Source: Squalus acanthias (Eukaryota). Taken from it: a stretch of 64,000 nt of DNA. Below, piece after piece: positions 1 through 12,700 of the stretch; the first letter of the stretch is position 1, and every line of letters starts with the position of its first letter. The stretch spans positions 62,001 to 126,000 of the forward strand of contig JASTWF010000418.1 of the NCBI GenBank assembly GCA_030390025.1. The letters run 5' to 3'. Made by a program: the position numbers and the translations under genes. A model generated the notes under the pieces. The model did not search any database. It saw only the letters and a list, made by a program, of their open reading frames with translations, and was not told the origin of the DNA.

Positions 1-403
1 AAAAGCAATTAAAGTGGAGACAAGGGTGTCTAGAATTTCAACCGCCCGTAAGAACTTTATTATCTGGGTCACATTCCAAGGTATCTTTTAATCAGCGTTC
101 AGCAGTTTGAGTGAACGATTGAGGAGGCGGCTTACACATGTTTACCTTAGGATAGATAACCAATCAGTGAAGGTGCATGCGGGCCAAGATCCAATCAGGT
201 TGCAGAAATAAATTTTGAATGGGCTGGACATGTGTATTGTAATGTATAAAAATGTAGTGTTTGCTGTAACAATTTGGTGAAGTCTGTCTAAAGACAGAGC
301 AGACTGTCTCCCCACCGGTGTAATAAAGACAACCTGACTATCGATCTGAAAACCTTGTGTCGAGTGTTGGTTTAAAATACTCCACAACAGGACCTTCACC
401 ACA

Positions 404-520
404 AGGGCTGCAGCGGTTCAAGAAGGCGGCCCACCACCACCTTCTCAAGGGCAATTAGGGATGGGCAATAAATGCCGGCCTTGCCAGCGATGCCCACATT
501 CCAGGAACGAAATAAAAAAA
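404..520 (+). mobile_element. HE1-SINE/HER1-LINE-like 3' tail (also about 5450-5568, 31928-32046, 37762-37880)
   Basis: ctcaagggcaattagggatgggcaataaatgccggccttgccagcga followed by an A-rich tail; family assigned from recall. Confidence 0.6.
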
Positions 521-885
521 AGAGGAACAGAAACCTACGCTTGTCGAGCAGAAGGAATGGGGGACGGGGAGAAGGATGTTGGAGGAGTGATGGGAGGGCG
601 CAGGGTTTTTTTAAGGAAGGAGGTCACAGACGAAAGGCACGGGGAGGATACGGAGGGAGGCGATCGCCAGGGTAAGAGTTTTGAGGTGAGTGGAGCTCGG
701 AGCCTGGGGAGGGTTGGAGAGGACACGGGGCGGTGGGAGAGTGGGAAGACGTGGGCCGTTGGGGGTTTGGGATGAGTTGGAGTTTGCCCAGGTCGGGTTG
801 AGGAGACAGCCCGGAGAGGACTGCGGAGTGACCGGCGAGCGAGTCACGACGCGCGAGGACCGGGGAGAAGCTCCACCCCCCTCAC

Positions 886-1224
886 CAGAGGCTTCTTCAC
901 CTCGCTCCTTCCTGAGCACCCGTTCCACCAGTTCTTTCGAGGACCGGTGTCCCACCACACAGGAGTAGCTCTGGCCCCTCTCCCAGGCTTCTGACGGGAC
1001 GGAGAGCTGGCTGACCACGCCGAAGGTCCCGTTGCTGTCTGGGGTCACCGGGAAGGTGGTCCTTCCGCTTGTGACCTCGCTGCCCTGGGCTCTCCAGGTC
1101 AAGTACAGGTCTCCAGGGTAGAAACCGGACACAAAGCAGGCCAGAGTTGTCGTCCCATCGTTGAGGGAACCCTCCCGCTGTCCCACTTCCAAGGTGCGTA
1201 TTTCAGGGCTCCTCACCAGCTGGG
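886..1224 (-). CDS. Ig C1 exon type E, second copy
   Basis: 339 nt, phase 1/1, C1 motifs intact. Confidence 0.85.
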
Positions 1225-1390
1225 CTGAAATCACAACAGGAATGGGTTTAGAAATCCCGAGAGGTGTAGAGAATTTCAGCCCCGGGTCCTGGGAGTCCCC
1301 CCATCTGGGACTGCAAACCACCAGTGAATCACATCCCTCATCAATCTCCCATCAAAGACCATCTCCTGCTAATCTATTCATCACACCAGA

Positions 1391-2975
1391 CCCCCTACCT
1401 CTCCCATCGAAGCCCATCCCTCCAGTCCCCTAACTCTCCCATCGAAGCCCATCCCTCCAGTCCCCAACCTCTCCCATCGAAGCCTATCCCTCAGACTCCC
1501 TAACTCTCCCATTGAAGCCCATCCCTCTAGTCCTCTAACTCACCCATCGAAGCCCATCCCTCTAATCCTCTAACTCTCCCATCGAAGCCCATCCCTCTAA
1601 TCCCCAAACTCTCCCATCAAAGCCCATCCCTCTAGTCCCCTAACTCTCCCATCGATGCCCATCCCTCTAGTCTCCTAACTCTCCCATCGAAGCCCATCCC
1701 TCTAGTCCTCTAACTCACCCATCGAAGCCCATCCCTCTAATCCCCTAACTCACAGATCGAAGCCCTTCCCTCTAGTCCCCTAACTCTCCCATCGAAGCCC
1801 ATCCCTCTAGTCCCCTACCTCTCCTATCGAAGCCCATCCCTCCAGTCCTCTAACTCTCCCATCGAAGCCCATCCCTCTAAACCCCTAACTCACAGATCGA
1901 AGCCCATCCCTCTAGTCCTCTAACTCTCCCATCAAACCCCATCCCTCTAGTCCCCTAACTCTCCCATCGAAGCCCATTCCTCTAGTCCCCTAACTCTCCC
2001 ATCGAAGCCCATCCCTCTAGACACCTAACTCTCCCATCGAAGCCCATCCCTCCAGTCCCCTAACTCTCCCATCGAAGCCCATCCCTCTAATCCCTGAACT
2101 CTCCCATCGAAGCCCATCCCTCTAGTCCCCTAACTCTCCCATCGAAGCCCATACCTCAAGTCTCCTAACTCTCCCATCGAAGCCCATACCTCTAGTCCCC
2201 TAACTCTCCCATCGAAGCCCATCCCTCTAGACACCTAACTCTCCCATCGAAGCCCATCCCTCCAGTCCCCTAACTCTCCCATCAAACCCCATCCCTCTAG
2301 TCCCCTAACTCTCCCATCGAAGCCCATCCCTCTAGACACCTAACTCTCCCATCGAAGCCCATCCCTCCAATCCCCTAACTCTCCCATCAAACCCCATCCC
2401 TCTAGTCCCCTAACTCTCCCATCGAAGCCCATCCCTCAAGTCTCCTAACTCTCCCATCGAAGCCCATCCCTCTAGTCACCTAACTCTCCCATCGAAGCCC
2501 ATCCCTCAAGTCTCCTAACTCTCCCATCGAAGCCCATCCCTCTAATCCCCAAACTCTCCCATCGAAGCCCATCCCTCTAGTCCCCTAACTCTCCCATCGA
2601 AGCCCATCCCTCTAGTCCCCTAACTCTCCCATCGAAGCCCATACCTCTAGTCACCTAACTCTCCCATCGAAGCCCATCCCTCAAGTCTCCTAACTCTCCC
2701 ATCGAAGCCCATCCCTCTAATCCCCAAACTCTCCCATCGAAGCCCATCCCTCTAGTCCCCTAACTCTCCCATCGAAGCCCACCCCTCAAGTCCCCTAACT
2801 CTCCCATCGAAGCCCATACCTCTAGTCCCCTAACTCTCCCAACGAAGCCCATCCCTCAAGTCCCCTAACTCTCCCATCGAGGTCCATCCCTCTAATTCCC
2901 GAACACTCCCATCGAAGCCCATCCCTCTAATCCCCGAACTCTCCCATCGAAGCCCATCCCTCTAGTCTCCCAACC
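1391..2975. repeat. 35-bp minisatellite in the D-E intron
   Basis: Unit ctctcccatcgaagcccatccctctagtcccctaa. Confidence 0.95.
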
Positions 2976-3078
2976 CTAACTAGTTCCCCCCTCACACATG
3001 CCGCCCTCCCCTACTCCAACCCCACCTCCCCTCCCCCTACCCTCTCCACCCCGCCCCCTGCCCCGATCGCTGACTCAC

Positions 3079-3398
3079 CGTCTCCTGCAGTGATCGTGCT
3101 GGTTACTGGGGTTGTCAGTGCCTCGTGTGTAACCTCACAGGTGTAACTGGCCCCCGAACCCCAGTCCTCCCCGGACACCGTCAACTCACTCCTGGACCTG
3201 TAGGTCCCGTCCGGGTTGGCAAGGCACGGCAGAGCCTGGGAGCCGCCGCCCACCTCCGACTCCGCACCGATCCACCGGAAGGATATCGTATCCGGGTAGA
3301 ACCCAGTGGCGGCGCAGGCCAGCGTGGCGGTCTGATTGGTCAGAATCTCCTGGATCGAGGGAGGGACGAGGCGGACGGACGGAGGGGAGGGGGACGGG
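3079..3398 (-). pseudogene. Ig C1 exon type D with apparent 1-nt deletion (320 nt): frameshift or homopolymer sequencing error
   Basis: Five G at 3389-3393 where the other three D copies have six nt. Confidence 0.6.
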
Positions 3399-3527
3399 CT
3401 GAGGGGGAAACAAAACATGGATTAGGAGAGAGGAATCTGCGGGAATGAACTCAACGTCACCTGAGGTCCAGAGAGAGAGCTGAAGGGTCCTCGCTCTCTG
3501 ATGGGCAGTGGGTCAGTAAGGAGAGTC

Positions 3528-4545
3528 ATGGCTTTATTAATAGAGGCATAGAGTACAAAAGCAAGGAAGTCAAGCTAAACCTGTTATAAATTACTGGTTA
3601 TGCCTCAACTGGAGTCTGGTGTCCAATTCTGGGCACCACACTTTAGGAAGGATGCCAAGGCCTTGGAGAGGGTGCAGAGGAGATTGACCAGAATGGTACC
3701 AGGGATGAGGGACTTCAGTTATGTGGAGAGACTGGAGAAGCTGGGGTTGTTCTCCTTTGAGCAGAGAAGGTTAAGTGGAGATTGACCAGAATGGTACCAG
3801 GGATGAGGGACTTCAGTTACGTGGAGAGACTGGAGAAGCTGGGGTTGTTCTCCTTGGAGCAGAGAAGGTTAAGGGGAGATTGACCAGAATGGTACCAGGG
3901 ATGAGGGACTTCAGTTACGTGGAGAGACTGGAGAAGCTGGGGTTGTTCTCCTTAGAGCAGAGAAGGTTAAGGGGAGATTGACCAGAATGGTACCGGTGAT
4001 GAGGGACTTCAGTTAAGTGGAGAGACTGGAGAAGCTGGGGTTGTTCTCCTTAGAGCAGAGAAGGTTAAGGGGAGATTGACCAGAATGGTACCAGGGATGA
4101 GGGACTTCAGTTACGTGGAGAGACTGGAGAAGCTGGGATTGTTCTCCTTGGAGCAGAGAAGGTTAAGAGGAGATTTAATCGAGGTGTTGAAAAACATTAA
4201 TGGTTTTGATAGAGTAAATAAGGAGAAACTGTTTGCAGTTGCAGGAGGGTTGGTAAGCAGAGGACACAGATTAAGTTAATTGGAAAAAGAACCAGATGGG
4301 AGATGAGGAAACATCTTTTTAAGCAGCGAGTTGTTGTGATCTGGAATGCGCTGCCTGAAAGGGCAGTGGAAGCAGATTCAATAGTAACTTTGAAAAGGGA
4401 ATTGGATAAATACTTGAGGGGGAAAAATGTACAGGGCTGTGGGGAAAGAGCAGAGGAGTGGGACTAATTGGAGAGCTCTTTCAAAGAGCCGGCACAGGCA
4501 CGATGGGCCGAATGGCCTCCTTCTGTGCGGGTACTACGATACTTC
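3528..4545 (+). mobile_element. CR1 LINE 3' fragment with internal 98-bp tandem amplification
   Basis: Repeated [32 protein letters not shown]; CR1 3' end gggccgaatggcctccttctgtgc. Confidence 0.85.
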
Positions 4546-4626
4546 GATCTCTGTCCTGCCTTCTAAATCCAGAGTGGGAAAGGGAGGGAGTTGGGGTTAA
4601 GAGTTAGAGGTTGAGGTAAGGAGTTA

Positions 4627-5335
4627 CCTGACTGCCTTTCATCACACCTCGGCAGAGAAACAATCAGGTCAGCCAGGAAGGCACCACATCAAAGACATAG
4701 CAAGATACAACTGAGACAATGAGGTGGGGTCACAGGGGTCTGCTGTCCTTGACTTCAGCAGTCAAGGACATTCAGCCTCGGATCTGCGGGTAAGCGTTCT
4801 CCAAGGCGGCCTTCGAGACACACGACAACGCAAAATCATCGAGCAGAAACTGATCGCCAAGTTCCGCACCCATGAGGACGGCCTCAACCGGGATCTTGGG
4901 TTCATGTCACGCTACATGTAACCCCACCTGACGTAGAGTCATCCAGACTCGAGTCGTCGTTGGCTTGTTCACAGAAGTGATTTCCAGTAAAAAAAAGTAA
5001 AAATTTTAAAGTTTATGGTTTTCCATACAGACTGCATTTGACACATTAGACCCCTGTGACCCCACCTCATTGTCTCAGTTGTATCTTGCTATGTCTTTGA
5101 TGTGGTGTCTTCCTGACCTGATTGTTTCTCTGCTGAGGTGTGACGAAAGGCAGTCAGGAAGATTAACTGTAGTCGTCTGACACTGTACGCTACACAGGCA
5201 TTGTTCTCTGTCTATATATGCTTTGCCGATTCGTATTCCTTCACTTCACCTGACGAAGGAGCAGCGCTCCGAAAGCTTGTGATTTCAAATAAAACTGTTG
5301 GACTATAACCTGGTGTTGTGCGACTTCTCACTTTT
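4627..5335 (+). mobile_element. Penelope-like element 3' remnant with inverted pseudo-LTR segment
   Basis: ORF 4724-4921 (..RKIIEQKLIAKFRTHEDGLNRDLGFMSRY) resembles the GIY-YIG endonuclease C-terminus; about 4627-4741 is the reverse complement of about 5049-5158; hammerhead motif present. Confidence 0.8.
5246..5282 (+). ncRNA. Minimal type I hammerhead ribozyme motif of Penelope type
   Basis: TCAC-CTGACGA-A-GGAGC-agc-GCTCC-GAAA-GCTT-GTGA: catalytic boxes, stem II, palindromic stem III, stem I TCAC/GTGA. Confidence 0.65.
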
Positions 5336-5931
5336 TTAAGTCAGAGCAGACTGTCTCCCCACCGGTGTAATAAAGACAACCTGACTATCGATCTAAAACC
5401 TTGTGTCGAGTGTTGGTTTAAAATACTCCACAACAGGACCTTCGCCACACGGACTGCAGTGGTTCAAGAAGGCGGCCCACCACCACCTTCTCAAGGGCAA
5501 TTAGGGATGGGCAATAAATGCCGGCCTTGCCAGCGACGCCCACATCCCAGGAACGAATTTAAAAAAAGAGGAACTGAAACCTACGCTGGTGGAGCAGAAG
5601 GAATGGGGGACGAGGAGAAGGATGTTGGAGGAGTGATGGGAGGGCGCAGGGTTTTTTTAAGGAAGGAGGTCACAGACGAAAGGCACGGTGAGGATACGGA
5701 GGGAGGCGATCGCCAGGGTAAGAGTTTTGAAGTGAGTGGAGCTAGGAGCCTGGGGAGGGTTGGAGAGGACACGGGGCGGTGGGAGAGTGGGAAGACGTGG
5801 GCCATTGGGGGTTTGGGATGAGTTGGAGTTTGCCCAGGTCGGGTTGAGGAGACAGCCCGGAGAGGACTGCGGAGTGACCGGCGAGCGAGTCACGACGCGC
5901 GAGGACCGGGGAGAAGCTCCACCCCCCTCAC

Positions 5932-6270
5932 CAGAGGCTTCTTCACCTCGCTCCTTCCTGAGCACCCGTTCCACCAGTTCTTTCGAGGACCGGTGTCCCA
6001 CCACACAGGAGTAGCTCTGGCCCCTCTCCCAGGCTTCTGACGGGACGGAGAGCTGGCTGACCGCGCCGAAGGTCCCGTTGCTGTCTGGGGTCACCGGGAA
6101 GGTGGTCCTTCCGCTTGTGACCTCGCTGCCCTGGGCTCTCCAGGTCAAGTACAGGTCTCCAGGGTAGAAACCGGACACAAAGCAGGCCAGAGTTGTCGTC
6201 CCATCGTTGAGGGAACCCTCCCGCTGTCCCACTTCCAAGGTGCGTATTTCAGGGCTCTTCACCAGCTGGG
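5932..6270 (-). CDS. Ig C1 exon type E, second copy
   Basis: 339 nt, near-identical to 38245-38583 (both KSPEIRT). Confidence 0.85.
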
Positions 6271-6439
6271 CTGAAATCACAACAGGAATGGGTTTAGAAA
6301 TCCCGGGAGGTGTAGAGAATTTCAGCCCTGGGTCCTGGGAGTCCCCCCATCTGGGACTGCAAACTATCCATTGAATTACATCCCTCATCAATCCCCCATC
6401 AAAGACCATCTCCTGCTAATTTATTCATCACACCAGACC

Positions 6440-7670
6440 CCCTACCTCTCCCATCGAAGCCCATCTCTCCGGCTCCCTACCTCTCCCATCAAAGCCCATC
6501 CCTCCAGTCCCCTACCTCTCCCATCGAATCCCATCCCTCCAGCTCCCTAACTCTCCCATCAAATCCCATCCCTCTAGTCCTCTAACTCTCCCATCGAATC
6601 CCATCTCTCAGGCTCCCTACCTCTCCCATCGAAGCCCACCCCTCCAGTCCTCTAACACTCCCATCGAAGCCCATCCCTCCAGTCCTCTAACTCACCCATC
6701 GAAGCCCATCCCTCCGGCTCCCTAACTCTCCCATCGAAGCCCATCCCTCCGGCTCCCTAACTCTCCCATCGAAGCCCATCCCTCCGGCTCCCTACCTCTC
6801 CCATCGAAGCCCATCCCTCCAGTCCTCTAACTCTTACATCGAAGCCCATCCCTCCAGTCCCCTAACTCTTACATCGAAGCCCATCCCTCCGGCTCCCTAC
6901 CTCTCCCATCGAAGCCCATCCCTCCAGTCCTCTAACTCACCCATCGAAGCCCATCCCTCTAATCCTCTAACTCACCCATCGAAGCCCATCCCTCTAGTCC
7001 TCTAACTCTCCCATCGAAGCCCATCACTCTAATCCCCAAACTCTCCCATTGAAGCCCATCCCTCTAGTCCCTTAACTCTCCCATCGAAGCCCATCCCTCC
7101 AGTACCCTAACTCTCCCATCGAAGCCCATCCCTCCGGCTCCCTAACTCTCCCATCGAAGCCCATCCCTCTAGTCCTCTAACTCACCCATCAAAGCCCATC
7201 CCTCTTGTCCTCTAACTCTCCCATCGAAGCCCATCCCTCTAGACACCTAACTCTCCCATCGAAGCCCATCCCTCCAGTCCCCAAACTCTCCCATCGAAGC
7301 CCATCCCTCTAGTCCCCTAACTCTCCCATCGAAGCCCATCCGTCTAGTCCCCGAACTCTCCTATCAAAGCCAATTTTTCTAGTCCCCTAACTCTCCCATC
7401 GAAGCCCATCCCTCTAGTCCCCTAACTCTCCCATCGAAGCCCATCCCTCTAATCCCCAAACTCTCCCATCGAAGCCCATCCCTCCAGTCCCCTAACTCTC
7501 CCATCGAAGCCCATCCCTCTAGTCCCCTAACTCTCCCATCGATGCCCATCCCTCTAATCCCCTAACTCACAGATCGAAGCCCATCCCTCCAGTCCTCTAA
7601 CTCTCCCATCGATGCCCATCCCTCTAATCCCCTAACTCTCCCATCGAAGCCCATCCCTCTAGTCTCCCCA
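6440..7670. repeat. 35-bp minisatellite in the D-E intron
   Basis: Same unit. Confidence 0.95.
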
Positions 7671-7775
7671 CCCTAACTAGTTCCCCCCTCACACATGCCG
7701 CCCTCCCCTACCCCAACCCCACCTCCCCTCCCCCTACCCTCTCCACCCCTCCCCCAGCCCCGATCGCTGACTCAC

Positions 7776-8096
7776 CGTCTCCTGCAGTGATCGTGCTGGT
7801 TACTGGGGTTGTCAGTGCCTCGTGTGTAACCTCACAGGTGTAACTGGCCCCCGAACCCCAGTCCTCCCCGGACACCGTCAACTCACTCCTGGACCTGTAG
7901 GTCCCGTCCGGGTTGGCAAGGCACGGCAGAGCCTGGGAGCCGCCGCCCACCTCCGACTCCGCGCCGATCCACCGGAAGGATATCGTGTCCGGGTAGAACC
8001 CAGTGGCGGCGCAGGCCAGCGTGGCGGTCTGATTGGTCAGAATCTCCTGGATCGAGGGAGGGACGAGGCGGACGGACGGAGGGGAGGGGGAACGGG
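7776..8096 (-). CDS. Ig C1 exon type D, second gene copy or haplotype
   Basis: 321 nt, near-identical to 39564-39884 including upstream flank. Confidence 0.85.
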
Positions 8097-8279
8097 CTGA
8101 GGGGGGAAAACAAAACATGGATTAGGAGCCAGGAATCTGCGGGAATGAACTCAACGTCACCTCAGGGAGGCTGGAGGTCAAATCACGGCCCAGAGAGAGG
8201 GGCTGAAGGGTCCGCGCTCTCTGATGGGCAGTGGGTCAGAAAATGACCTCTCTCCCTCGGGAACCTGCAGATTCTGCAA

Positions 8280-9243
8280 AGTAGTTACAGCACAGAAACA
8301 GGCCATTCGGCCCAACTGGTCCATGCCGGTGTTTATGCTCCACTCGAGCCTCCTCCCACCCTTTTCATCGAATCCCATCAGCATATCCTTCTACCCCTTT
8401 CTCCCTCTTATACTTACCTGGTTCCCCTTAAATGCATCTCTGCTTTTCATCTCCATCACTCCCTGTGGTAGCGAGTCCCACATACCCACCACTCTCTGGG
8501 CAAAGAAGTTTCTCCTGAATTCCCGATTGGATTTATCAGTGACTATCTTATATTGACGGCCCCTAGTGCTGGTCTCACCCCACAAGTGAAAATATCTTCT
8601 CTACGTCTTCCCTATCAAACCCTTTCATCATCTTAAAGACCTCTATCAGGTCACCCCTCAGTCTCCTCTTTGCCAGAGAAATGTGCCCCAGGCTGTTCAG
8701 TCTTTCCTGATGGTTACAACCTTTCAGTTCTGGTATCATCCTTGTAAATCTTTTTTACATCTTCTCCAGTGCCTCTATATCCAATTTATAATATGGAGAC
8801 CAGAACTGTGCACCGTGCTCCAAGTGTGGTCTAACCCAGGTATATGGAGACCAGAACTGTGCACAGTGCTCCAAGTGTGGTCTAACCAAGGCATATGGAG
8901 ACCAGAACTGTGCACAGTGCTCCAAGTGTGGTCTAACCCAGGTATATGGAAACCAGGACTGTGCACAGTGCTCCAAGTGTGGTCTAACCCAGGTATATGG
9001 AGACCAGGACTGTGCACAGTGCTCCAATTGTGGTCTAACCAAGGTATATGGAGACCAGAACTGTGCACAGTGCTCCAAGTGTGGTCTAACCCAGGTATAT
9101 GGAGACCAGGACTGTGCACAGTGCTCCAAGTGTGGTCTAACCCAGGTATATGGAGACCAGGACTGTGCACAGTGCTCCAAGTGTGGTCTAACCAAGGTAT
9201 ATGGAGACCAGAACTGTGCACAGTGCTCCAAGTGTGGTTTAAC
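8280..9243 (-). mobile_element. CR1 LINE 3' fragment with 51-bp tandem amplification, running into the gap
   Basis: Repeated [16 protein letters not shown]; equivalent of 40068-41130. Confidence 0.85.
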
Positions 9244-9743
9244 NNNNNNNNNNNNNNNNNNNNNNNNNNNNNNNNNNNNNNNNNNNNNNNNNNNNNNNNN
9301 NNNNNNNNNNNNNNNNNNNNNNNNNNNNNNNNNNNNNNNNNNNNNNNNNNNNNNNNNNNNNNNNNNNNNNNNNNNNNNNNNNNNNNNNNNNNNNNNNNNN
9401 NNNNNNNNNNNNNNNNNNNNNNNNNNNNNNNNNNNNNNNNNNNNNNNNNNNNNNNNNNNNNNNNNNNNNNNNNNNNNNNNNNNNNNNNNNNNNNNNNNNN
9501 NNNNNNNNNNNNNNNNNNNNNNNNNNNNNNNNNNNNNNNNNNNNNNNNNNNNNNNNNNNNNNNNNNNNNNNNNNNNNNNNNNNNNNNNNNNNNNNNNNNN
9601 NNNNNNNNNNNNNNNNNNNNNNNNNNNNNNNNNNNNNNNNNNNNNNNNNNNNNNNNNNNNNNNNNNNNNNNNNNNNNNNNNNNNNNNNNNNNNNNNNNNN
9701 NNNNNNNNNNNNNNNNNNNNNNNNNNNNNNNNNNNNNNNNNNN
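9244..9743. other. Assembly gap (500 N)
   Basis: N run; the round size suggests a scaffolding placeholder. Confidence 0.99.
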
Positions 9744-12700
9744 CCCTCAGTCCCTCTGACCCTCAGTCCCACTGACCCTCAGTCCCTCTGACCCTCAGTC
9801 CCACTGACCCTCAGTCCCACTGACCCTCAGTCCCACTGACCCTCAGTCCCTCCGACCCTCAGACCCTCTGACCCTCAGTCCCTCTGACCCTCAGTCCCTC
9901 TGATCATCAGTCCCTCTGACCCTCAGTCCCTCTGACCCTCAGTCCCACTGACCCTCAGTCCCTCTGACCCTCACTCCCTCTGACCCTCACTCCCTCTGAC
10001 CCTCAGTCCCTCTGATTCTCAGTCCCTCTGACCATCACTCCCTCTGACCCTCAGTCCCTTGACCCTCACTCCATTGACCCTCAGTCCCTCTGACCCTCAG
10101 TCCCTCTGACCCTCAGACACTCTGACCCTCAGTCCCTCTGACCCTCAGTCCCTCTGACCCTCAGTCCCACTGACCATCAGTCCCACTGACACTCAGTCCC
10201 TCTGACCCTCAGTCCCTCTGACCCTCAGTCCCACTGACCCTCAGTCCCTCTGACCCTGAGACCCACTGACCCTCAGACCCTCAGTCCCTCTGACCCTCAG
10301 TCCCTCAGTCCCTCCGACCCTCTGACCCTCAGTCCCACTGACCCTCAGTCCCTCTGACCCTCAGTCCCACTGACACTCAGTCCCTCTGACCCTCAGTCCC
10401 ACTGACCCTCAGTTGCACTGACCCTCAGTCCCTCTGACCCTCAGACCCACTGACCCTCAGTCCCACTGACCCTCAATCCCTCTGACCCTCAGACCCTCAT
10501 TCCCTCCGACCCTCTGACCCTCAGTCCCACTGACCCTCAGTCCCTCTGACCCTCACTCACACTGATCCTCACACCCTCTGACCCTCAGTCCCACTGACCC
10601 ACAGTCCCTCTGACCCTCAGTCCCTCTGACCCTCACTCACACTGATCCTCACACCCTCTGACCCTCAGACCCACTGACCCTCAGTCCCACTGACACTCAG
10701 TCCCTCTGACCCTCAGTCCCTCTGACCCTCAGTCTCACTGACCCTCAGTCCCTCAGACCCTCAGTCCCTCTGACCCTCAGTCTCTCTGACCCTCAGTCCC
10801 ACTGACCCTCATGTCCCTCTGACCCTCAGTCCCTCAGTCCCACTGACCCTCAGTCCAGCTGACCCTCACTCCCTCTGACCCTCAGTCCCTCTGACCCTCA
10901 GTCTCTCTGACCCTCAGTCCCACTGACCCTCATGTCCCTCTGACCCTCAGTCCCTCAGTCCCTCTGACCCTCAGTCCCTCACTCCCTCACTCCCTCTGAC
11001 CCTCAGTCTCACTGACCCTCAGTCCCTCAGACCCTCAGTCCCTCTGACCCTCAGTCTCTCTGACCCTCAGTCCCACTGACCCTCAGTCCCTCTGACCCTC
11101 AGTCCCTCTGACCCTCAGTCCCTCTGACCCTCAGTCCCACTGACCCTCAGTCCCTCTGACCCTCAGTCCCACTGACCCTCAGTCCCACTGACCCTCAGTC
11201 CCACTGACCCTCAGTCCCTCCGACCCTCAGACCCTCTGACCCTCAGTCCCTCTGACCCTCAGTCCCTCTGATCATCAGTCCCTCTGACCCTCAGTCCCTC
11301 TGACCCTCAGTCCCACTGACCCTCAGTCCCTCTGACCCTCACTCCCTCTGACCCTCACTCCCTCTGACCCTCAGTCCCTCTGATTCTCAGTCCCTCTGAC
11401 CATCACTCCCTCTGACCCTCAGTCCCTCTGACCCTCAGTCCCACTGACCCTCAGTCCCTCTGACCCTCAGTCCCTCCGACCCTCAGACCCTCTGACCCTC
11501 AGTCCCTCTGACCCTCAGTCCCTCTGACCCTCAGTCCCTCTGACCCTCAGTCCCTCTGACCCTCAGTCCCACTGACCCTCTGTCCCTCTGACCCTCAGTC
11601 CCACTGACCCTCAGTCCCTCTGACCCTCAGTCCCTCTGACCCTCACTCCCTCTGACCCTCAGTCCCTCTGATCCTCAGTCCCTCAGTCCCTCTGACCCTC
11701 AGTCCCTCTGACCCTCAGTCCCACTGACCCTCAGTCCCACTGACCCTCAGTCCCTCTGATCCTCAGTCCCTCAGTCCCTCTGACCCTCAGTCCCTCTGAC
11801 CCTCAGTCCCACTGACCCTCACTCCAGCTGACCCTCACTCCCTCTGACCCTCAGTCCCTCTGATTCTCAGTCCCTCTGACCATCACTCCCTCTGACCCTC
11901 AGTCCCTCTGACCCTCACTCCCTCTGATCCTCAGTCCCTCAGTCCCTCTGACCCTCAGTCCCTCTGACCCTCAGTCTCTCTGACCCTCAGTCCCACTGAC
12001 CGTAAACCCCTCTGACCCTCACTCCCTCTGATTCTCAGTCCCTCTGACCATCACTCCCACTGACCCTCAGTCCCTCTGATCCTAAATCCCTCTGAACTTC
12101 AGTCCCTCAGACCCTGAGTCCCTTTGACCCTCAGTCCCACTGACCCTCAGTCCCTCCGTCCACCTGACCATCACTCCCTCTGGCCCTCAGTCCCGCTGAC
12201 CCTCAGTCCCTCTGACCCTCAGTCCCTCTGACCATCAGTCCCTCTGACCCTCTGTCCCTCAGACCCTCAGTCCCTCCGACCCTCACTCCCTCTGACCCTC
12301 AGTCCCACTGACCCTCAGTCCCTCTGACCCTCAGTCCCTCCGACCCACAGACCCTCTGACCCTCACTCCCTCTGACCCTCAGTCCCTCTGACCCTCAGTC
12401 CCTCTGACCCTCAGACCCTCTGACCCTCAGTCCCTCTGACCCTCAGTCCCTCTGACCCTCAGTCCCACTGACCCTCTATCCCTCTGACCCTCAGACCCAC
12501 TGACCCTCAGTCCCTCTGACCCTCAGTCTCTCTGACCCTCAGTCCCTCTGACCCTCAGTCCCTCTGACCGTCAGTCCCTCTGACACTCAGTCCCTCTGAC
12601 CCTCAGTCCCTCTGACCCTCAGTCCCTCCGACCCTCAGTCCCTCTGACCCTCAGTCTCACTGACCCTCAGTCCCTCTGACCCTCATTCCCTCCGACCCTC

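Noticed and set aside
461-968. Plus-strand ORFs recurring opposite the E exons
   Set aside because: GC-rich antisense frames, one starting in a SINE/LINE tail; recurrence reflects the segmental duplication.
8790-9243. Repeated CACAGTG heptamers (also 40580-41130, 25597, 28923)
   Set aside because: Mostly inside LINE-derived sequence; no nonamer at 12 or 23 spacing and no V, D or J segment nearby.
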